Origin: Phycisphaerae bacterium
GTDB lineage: Bacteria; Planctomycetota; Phycisphaerae; UBA1845; Fen-1342
DNA length: 64,000 nucleotides
Direction: 5' to 3'
Assembly: GCA_050115495.1 (NCBI GenBank)
Contig: JASFQK010000001.1
Span: forward strand, 32,001-96,000
Shown: one piece after another, positions 58,215-64,000 of the stretch
Layout: every line of letters starts with the position of its first letter
Position numbering within the stretch: position 1 is the stretch's first letter
Position numbers and translations under genes: made by a program
Notes under the pieces: generated by a model
Databases searched by the model: none
What the model saw: the letters and a program-made list of their open reading frames with translations, nothing else
What the model was told of the DNA's origin: nothing

Positions 58215-60452
58215 CTACTCGAATAAGGCCACCGGGCGCTTACCGCCCAGCGTCCGGAAAATCTGCTCCAACTGCTCGGTGTATTCCTCCGGCGTGCCGA
58301 CCGCGTAGAACTCCTGTCCGTTCGCCGTGGCCGCAATCGCCTGCATCAGTTCACGATCCACGTTGTAGCCGACACTCACCGCGTAGATGCGGAAGCCGGC
58401 GTCCGCCGCAATCTCCGCCTGGTCCAGGGCGAAGTTCTTGGCGGCCTCCGACCCGTCACCGGTGGAATGCCCGTCCTCGTCGATGTTCGGCACACCGTCC
58501 GACATCAGCACGATGACCTTCGCCGACGCCGAGCGCGCCCGATCCGATCGCAGCTCCGCAATCGCCTTCTGCAAACCGCCGCCCAGGTTCGTGCTGCGGT
58601 CGTAGTGGCCCGACTGCCGGGTATACAGCGTCTGCGAGATCGACTGGAGGTCGTCCGTCAGGTTCACCTGGTGCCGGGCGGTCGACGCAAAGATCTCCAG
58701 CGACATGTGATCCAGGCTGTCCAGCGACTCGATCACATTCACCATCGTCTGCACCGCGTCCTTGATGGCCCGTAGCGGCTGCTCCGGCGTCGCCCACAGG
58801 ACTTCCGTCGAGTACGACTCCGGCTGCTTCTCCATCAGGTAGTCGGTGTACGTCTTCAGCCCGTAGCGGTACCTGAACCCGCTGCGCGAATAGTCAATGT
58901 ACTGGTACCACTGCCAGTCCAACGCATACTCCGGCATCGGTATCCAGGTTATCTCTCCGTAGCTGTCGTCCACGTAACTGTCACCGTTGCCGCCCGGGTG
59001 CGAACCCATGCCACTGGCCCAGTCGGCCAGCCCCAGCACCGTCGCCACCCGGTACCGCCAACGCCAGGTCGACGCCGACCCGTAACCGTCCGGCGGCGGG
59101 TTGATGTAATGACTGACCGGCGACCACTGCGGACTCGCCTTGCACACGATGTCGACGTCGCTGACGTACGAGCTGGCCGGCACGTCGAAGGCGAACCACT
59201 CCGTCTCCGACACACCGTCTTCACCCAGCGTCGTATCCTCAAACTTGATGCCGACCAGCCCGGTCTGCGGGTCTGGATTCACAATGCTGTGTGGATGGTT
59301 GTTCATGCTGCCTGCGGTGGAGTTGGCCAGCGACAGCGCCGACGCCGGCAACGAGATCTGGATGTTGCTCAGCGCCGGAGTATGCGTATCGGCATCGCTC
59401 GTCACGTACACGACGATCCAGTCGCGGTAGCTGGTGCTGCCATACACGCGGCTGTACCGCGTCTTGTGCACCACGCGCGTGGTGAAGCCCAAGCCGTCGG
59501 TTGCCGCCGCGCTCATGTAGCCCTGCTGCTCGTTCGACAGCACCGACCAGCGCTCGAAGACGTCGTAACCGCCGTCCACCAGCATGTCGTTCGCTCTGCT
59601 GTCGTTCCACGGCCCCAGCACGTTCTCCGGGTTCAGGTCCGTCGCCCACACGTACGAGCCCTTCGGCAAGTACACCAGCCCCGGATCGCTCGACGCGCTG
59701 TACGCGCCCGGCAACAGCGGATCGCCCCACTCGGACATCCGCCCGACGGTCGGTCCGAGGTCTCCGGCGTACTCCGTCTCCAGCTCCGAACCGGGGATGT
59801 ACGGCCGCGACGGCTCCGGCCCATCCAGCGCGCACCAGACGTCGCGCAGATTGGCATAGCCGCCATCGTTGCGGTTCCAGTAACGAAGCTGGCTGTCCCA
59901 GCACATCGAGTTCGACAGGTCGATCACGACCGCCACGTCACGCGGGGTCAGCACTGCCGACGCCTGCGCCCACATGTCCTTCTCCGCCGCTCCATAGATG
60001 TTCGCGAACATCAGCGGAATCGGACCACTCGGCGACTCGGACGTCCGCTTCACGGTCACCCGCACCGAGTCGTACGTGCTGCCCCCTGGCTGGAACTCGA
60101 ACTTCTCCGTCGCCGGGTTGTACACCGCCTTGCCCAGCTCCACGTCGCTGTACTGGTCGAGATAGACCGGATCCCCGGCGACGCGATGCTTCATCGCGTA
60201 CTCTTGCGCCGCTTCCCGGGCCAACTGCTCCGGATCCCCCTCCGTCTCACCGCCCAACTGGGCGGCCCCGGCCAGCGCCGCGGCATCCGCCGCCGCCTGT
60301 AGCTCGGTCTTGCTCGTGTACAGCATCCCGACGTCGACCGCCAGGGCGCCGAAGCCCATGATCAACGTGGACATTACCGCCACCTGCACGATGACGGCCG
60401 CACGCCGCATGTGACGTCGGCGATACGCCTTTCTCATTCTCCGCATGCGCAT
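58215..60452 (-). CDS. TadG-like pilin with vWA domain carrying a large insertion
   Basis: Tad N-terminus GALAVDVG....ELQAAADAAALAGA; MIDAS DLSNS, TNLGGGL, VLMSDG; GGAGG RBS. Confidence 0.85.
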   Translation of the reverse strand: MRMRRMRKAYRRRHMRRAAVIVQVAVMSTLIMGFGALAVDVGMLYTSKTELQAAADAAALAGAAQLGGETEGDPEQLAREAAQEYAMKHRVAGDPVYLDQYSDVELGKAVYNPATEKFEFQPGGSTYDSVRVTVKRTSESPSGPIPLMFANIYGAAEKDMWAQASAVLTPRDVAVVIDLSNSMCWDSQLRYWNRNDGGYANLRDVWCALDGPEPSRPYIPGSELETEYAGDLGPTVGRMSEWGDPLLPGAYSASSDPGLVYLPKGSYVWATDLNPENVLGPWNDSRANDMLVDGGYDVFERWSVLSNEQQGYMSAAATDGLGFTTRVVHKTRYSRVYGSTSYRDWIVVYVTSDADTHTPALSNIQISLPASALSLANSTAGSMNNHPHSIVNPDPQTGLVGIKFEDTTLGEDGVSETEWFAFDVPASSYVSDVDIVCKASPQWSPVSHYINPPPDGYGSASTWRWRYRVATVLGLADWASGMGSHPGGNGDSYVDDSYGEITWIPMPEYALDWQWYQYIDYSRSGFRYRYGLKTYTDYLMEKQPESYSTEVLWATPEQPLRAIKDAVQTMVNVIESLDSLDHMSLEIFASTARHQVNLTDDLQSISQTLYTRQSGHYDRSTNLGGGLQKAIAELRSDRARSASAKVIVLMSDGVPNIDEDGHSTGDGSEAAKNFALDQAEIAADAGFRIYAVSVGYNVDRELMQAIAATANGQEFYAVGTPEEYTEQLEQIFRTLGGKRPVALFE

Positions 60453-60633
60453 TCTCAACCCTCCGCTTTCCTCCGCACCGCAGTGCATCCTTCCCCGCAA
60501 ACCCGAACGCGATCTATGCTCCTCACCCCGGCAGCCCCGCTCGCCGCCCGACGCTGCGCAGCGCCCGACGCGGCCGCCCACGGCGACCGCGACCACGCCC
60601 CGAACAACGCCGGACGGGTCCACACCCTCACGT

Positions 60634-62175
60634 CTAACCTCCTTCTCCCGCTCCGGCCGGTCCCACCGGCCCACGTAACCGACAAATCCCCGTCCCATAT
60701 AGCTCACCCGGTTTCACCGGCCACGCTGTCCGCGGCGACTCGTCCACCGGTTTCTCCGCGCGCCGCCCCTCCAATTCGCCGTTCATGAACAGCTCCGCGT
60801 CGTTCGGCGACACGAGGTCCGAACCCGGTACATAGGCCACCTGGTCCGGAGTCAGCGGTTCCACCAGCTCCGGCGTCACCAGCACGACGAGTTCGGTCTC
60901 GCTCGACTGGTACTCCACCGAGCTGAACAGCGCGCCCAGCACCGGAATGTCGCCCAGCAGCGGCACCTTCCGGCTCACGCCGCGCGTCCGCTCGCTGAGC
61001 AGCCCGCCCAGCGCAAACGTCTGGCCCGGGCCCAGCTCCACCACGGTGTCCACCTTCCGCTGAATCAGACCCGGCACGACGAAACCGCCCAGCGTCACCG
61101 CCGAGCTGTAGTCCGGCTCGCTCACTTCCGGCGCCACGTGCAGCCGGATCGTGTTGTCGCTCAGCACCGTCGGCGTGAACCGCAACTGCACGCCGAACTC
61201 GCGGTACTCGATCGTGACCGAGTCCCGTTGCGGCACCGGCACCGGAAACTCACCGCCCGCCAGGAAGCTCGCCTCCTGCCCGTTCACCGACACCAGGTTC
61301 GGCTCGGCCAGGATCTTCAGCAGCCCGTTCTCCCGCAGCGCCTGGATGAACACCTGCATCTGCACGCGCGGGAAACCGATGCTCAGCGTCGGCGTTTCCG
61401 TCAGGTTCAAACCGTTTTGATCCGTCGCGAACGGGATTGTCCCCGCGGCGTTCACCGCGCCGGCGGCCCCGATGTTCACCGGGTTGAGCCCGCCCAACTG
61501 GCTCACCGCGAACGCGTCGCGGAAGTGATCGCCAGCCATCCAGCCGTTGAAGCCCAACTGCCGCGTGGCCGTCTTGTTCACCTCCGCCACCGTGCAGCGC
61601 AGCAGCACCTGCTGCACCCCGGCGACGCGCATATGGTTCACCACGTTCGACGAGTAGATGTTCGCCACTTCCATGATTCGCAGCGCCGCTTCGGCGTCCG
61701 GCACGTGCCCGCTGAGCACCACCGTGTCCAGCACGCTCCGCGCCTCCACCCGCGCTCGCGGCACCGTCGAGCGAATGCTCGCCTGCAACCGCTCCAGGTC
61801 GATGTCCACCGCCACGTCGAACAGCGCCTGCTGGTCGCCGTCCACCCAGGCCACCAGTTGCGTCGTCCCGAAGGACTTCCCGCTCACCAGCACCTGCCGC
61901 GGCCCGGTCACGCGGAAATCCGCGATCTCCGGATTGGCCATCTGCACCTCGCGCACCGGTACGTTGAAGTCCACCAGCACGCTCTTGTTTACCGGCACAC
62001 AGATCAGCTTCCCCTGGTCGGGAAGCGCACTCACCGTGAAATCCACCGCCGGCGGTGCCGGCGCACTTTCCTGGGCGCACGCCAACGGCGCCGCCACGGC
62101 CAGCACACCGAACAGGGCGGCGGCGGCCCATAGCAATCGGCGATGAGGTTCGGCGATGTAAGGCTGCGGGGTCAT
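60634..62175 (-). CDS. cpaC: Tad secretin CpaC/RcpA
   Basis: GKSFGTT, QQVLL...VAEV, LAEPNL..VNGQEASFLAGGEFPVP, VPLLGDIPVLGALF, ETELVVLVTP. Confidence 0.94.
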   Translation of the reverse strand: MTPQPYIAEPHRRLLWAAAALFGVLAVAAPLACAQESAPAPPAVDFTVSALPDQGKLICVPVNKSVLVDFNVPVREVQMANPEIADFRVTGPRQVLVSGKSFGTTQLVAWVDGDQQALFDVAVDIDLERLQASIRSTVPRARVEARSVLDTVVLSGHVPDAEAALRIMEVANIYSSNVVNHMRVAGVQQVLLRCTVAEVNKTATRQLGFNGWMAGDHFRDAFAVSQLGGLNPVNIGAAGAVNAAGTIPFATDQNGLNLTETPTLSIGFPRVQMQVFIQALRENGLLKILAEPNLVSVNGQEASFLAGGEFPVPVPQRDSVTIEYREFGVQLRFTPTVLSDNTIRLHVAPEVSEPDYSSAVTLGGFVVPGLIQRKVDTVVELGPGQTFALGGLLSERTRGVSRKVPLLGDIPVLGALFSSVEYQSSETELVVLVTPELVEPLTPDQVAYVPGSDLVSPNDAELFMNGELEGRRAEKPVDESPRTAWPVKPGELYGTGICRLRGPVGPAGAGEGG

Positions 62176-63362
62176 TCCTTGGGCTCCTCGGGGTCCTGGT
62201 CGCTCTCGTCTACCGTCTCGTCCCCCTCCGGATCCGTCGCCGGCACGGCCACCGCCGGCGCCGACGAACTACCAAAGCTCTTGAACATGCGGCCGAGCAG
62301 ACTGCTCGCCGGCGTGGCCTTCTGCGGGGCCGGCACCGGGTTCGTCCCATCCGCCACCGCCGCCGTGGCCGGCGCGGCCACCGGCTGCGCGGGCGCAGGC
62401 GCCGGCACATAGCCGTCGCCCCTCGGCCAACCCTGGGCCGTGCCCGGGTTCCGTCCCTTGTCCTCAACCACGCGCTCGCGCGAATCCCGGTTCTTGAACC
62501 GCACCACTTGCAGCTCACCCCCACGCCACTCGTAGACCACCCACTCCGGCTCCACCGGCGGCGCCGCCACCGGCTCGGGCGTCGGCTCAACCGCCACCAC
62601 CGCCGGCGTCACTTCCACGACCTGCGGTTCCTCCGGCTCTTCCGGGCGCCGCCCTTCCCGTACCTCCTCCGCGGTGATCGGCCGCGACTCCCCCATCGAC
62701 TCGCCGTCGTCCTCACCGCGCATGCTCAGCTTGATCTTCCCCGTCTGCTCCGCCATCAGCAGCACCGGCACCTTGTCCGGCTTGACCAACAGCGTCACGG
62801 CCCGCGTCGGCCGCGTCGACTTCTCTTCGCCTTCGGCCGTCACGACGCTGAGCCGCGCCCCCACCGCCGCCACCTCGACGTCCTCGAGCACCGTGCGGGC
62901 CACCGTCTCGTCGCGCCCGCCGACGCGCAGCTTGAAGTACCCCACCACGTCCACGTGACAGCCGGGCTCGAGGTGATAGTCCACACCCGAGCTCTCATCG
63001 ATCTTCACCGCCACGGCCCGATAGCCGGTCGGCACGTGCACACCCGCGGGCTGACCCTCGGGCAATAGCATGTTCTCCAGAACCGGAAGCCCCGCCGGCG
63101 CGTCCATCCGCGGCACACGCCCCAACAGCTTGTCCTTCTCCGTGAAAGCCCCGGTCGGCACCAGCTTCGCCGGGAACGACACCGCGCTGAGCATCTCCTC
63201 GGAGATCCGGCTGCCCCGCGGAATGTCCTGCTGGGCCGCCCAGACCTGTTTCGTTGCTGCCGGCGTTCCCTTCGCCTTCTGCAACGTATCCAGACCCATC
63301 TTCAGCGCAAAACCACCAATGGCCAGGCCGGCAACCAGCGGGATGAGTGCCTTCACGTTCAT
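62172..63362 (-). CDS. cpaB: Flp pilus assembly protein CpaB/RcpC
   Basis: N-terminal TM, SAF domain, GYRAVAVKID..SGV...LEPG..VDV, VLEDVEV.AV, AVTLLV.P. Confidence 0.92.
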   Translation of the reverse strand: MNVKALIPLVAGLAIGGFALKMGLDTLQKAKGTPAATKQVWAAQQDIPRGSRISEEMLSAVSFPAKLVPTGAFTEKDKLLGRVPRMDAPAGLPVLENMLLPEGQPAGVHVPTGYRAVAVKIDESSGVDYHLEPGCHVDVVGYFKLRVGGRDETVARTVLEDVEVAAVGARLSVVTAEGEEKSTRPTRAVTLLVKPDKVPVLLMAEQTGKIKLSMRGEDDGESMGESRPITAEEVREGRRPEEPEEPQVVEVTPAVVAVEPTPEPVAAPPVEPEWVVYEWRGGELQVVRFKNRDSRERVVEDKGRNPGTAQGWPRGDGYVPAPAPAQPVAAPATAAVADGTNPVPAPQKATPASSLLGRMFKSFGSSSAPAVAVPATDPEGDETVDESDQDPEEPKE

Positions 63363-63564
63363 CGCTACCGTCCTTCGTACCCGATACTGGGCGCGCGCTC
63401 GGGCCGTCTCACCGCTGGAGACGGCCACCGTCCGATTCCCGGCGCGAACGTCCGCGCCGTTGCGAGCTCCTCGCCCCGCACCTGCGGCCGGGGCCGGCAA
63501 CTCCGCTCACCCTGTATCATCGTCTAGAGAGCGACCGGCCTTATTTTCTGGGGCGGTCCCCCGC

Positions 63565-63978
63565 TTAACCGCCCAGAGCCTCCTTCCTCATTGAGCACGT
63601 GGCCCCCAGGTCGTAATCCGTGCTCCCGAAGAAGCTGCCGATCAAAGTCACGTCCGCATAAGGAATCGTGACGTGCACCGTTTCCGTCGGATCCTGCGGC
63701 GTTGAACGGGTCAGTTCCAGGTTATAGGTCGACAGACCCATCGGCGTCAGGTAGTTCGCCACCCGCTCCTGAACGTCCTCTTCCGTCGAACCCGGCAGTG
63801 CCGCCGTCCGGGCGCCCTCACGGGCGGCCGTCACGAGCGCCTGCTTCACCGAGAAGACCCAGCCATACTCGATGATGCCGAACAGCATCGTCAGCAGTAG
63901 CGGCGTTACAACGGCCAGTTCCACCGTCGCCGCCGCCCAGCGCTGCTTCTTTCCCTTTCTGCGTATCACGACAACCAC
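63565..63978 (-). CDS. tadE: TadE/TadG-family pseudopilin
   Basis: AAATVELAVVTPLLLTMLFGIIEYG...AAREGAR; GGAGG RBS. Confidence 0.9.
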   Translation of the reverse strand: MVVVIRRKGKKQRWAAATVELAVVTPLLLTMLFGIIEYGWVFSVKQALVTAAREGARTAALPGSTEEDVQERVANYLTPMGLSTYNLELTRSTPQDPTETVHVTIPYADVTLIGSFFGSTDYDLGATCSMRKEALGG

Positions 63979-64000
63979 CCTCCGAAGTAGTAGGTCAGCA

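Overview
Very GC-rich bacterial chromosomal window. Gene content and order (membrane DYG-type Ser/Thr kinase plus FHA protein, rpe-histidine phosphatase-accD, Cys-less Rrf2, DUF1573 pair, tad cluster) suggest Planctomycetota, probably Phycisphaerae; this is inference. Left to right: 3' end of mfd; PIN/TRAM protein; exported TPR-like gluzincin; recG; LysM lipoprotein; EcxA-like metzincin; HPF; GT-C-like membrane protein; short class III-like hcp, divergent from a Crp/Fnr gene across a perfect TTGAT-N4-ATCAA box; USP and ArsB/NhaD-type permease; TetR-RND efflux with visible operators; N-terminally hydrophobic PIMT coupled to a membrane spermidine-synthase-like protein; a kinase island; gap-pgk-rpe-accD; non-Cys thi4; hmgA; Rrf2; PAS kinase with NarL-type regulator; DUF1573x2-rhodanese-MauE module; and a tad pilus cluster running to the right edge. 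Several REP-like palindrome families occupy intergenic gaps. No rRNA, tRNA, CRISPR array or transposase was seen. The most novel signal is between the two Ser/Thr kinase loci (32.2-33.3 kb): two tiny paralogous peptide ORFs sharing ELLxxLxQxC[DE]YVxLGVE, conserved through synonymous codon changes, each followed by a small hydrophobic ORF. This is a candidate undescribed peptide signalling system. All calls are by eye from motifs; no searches were run.
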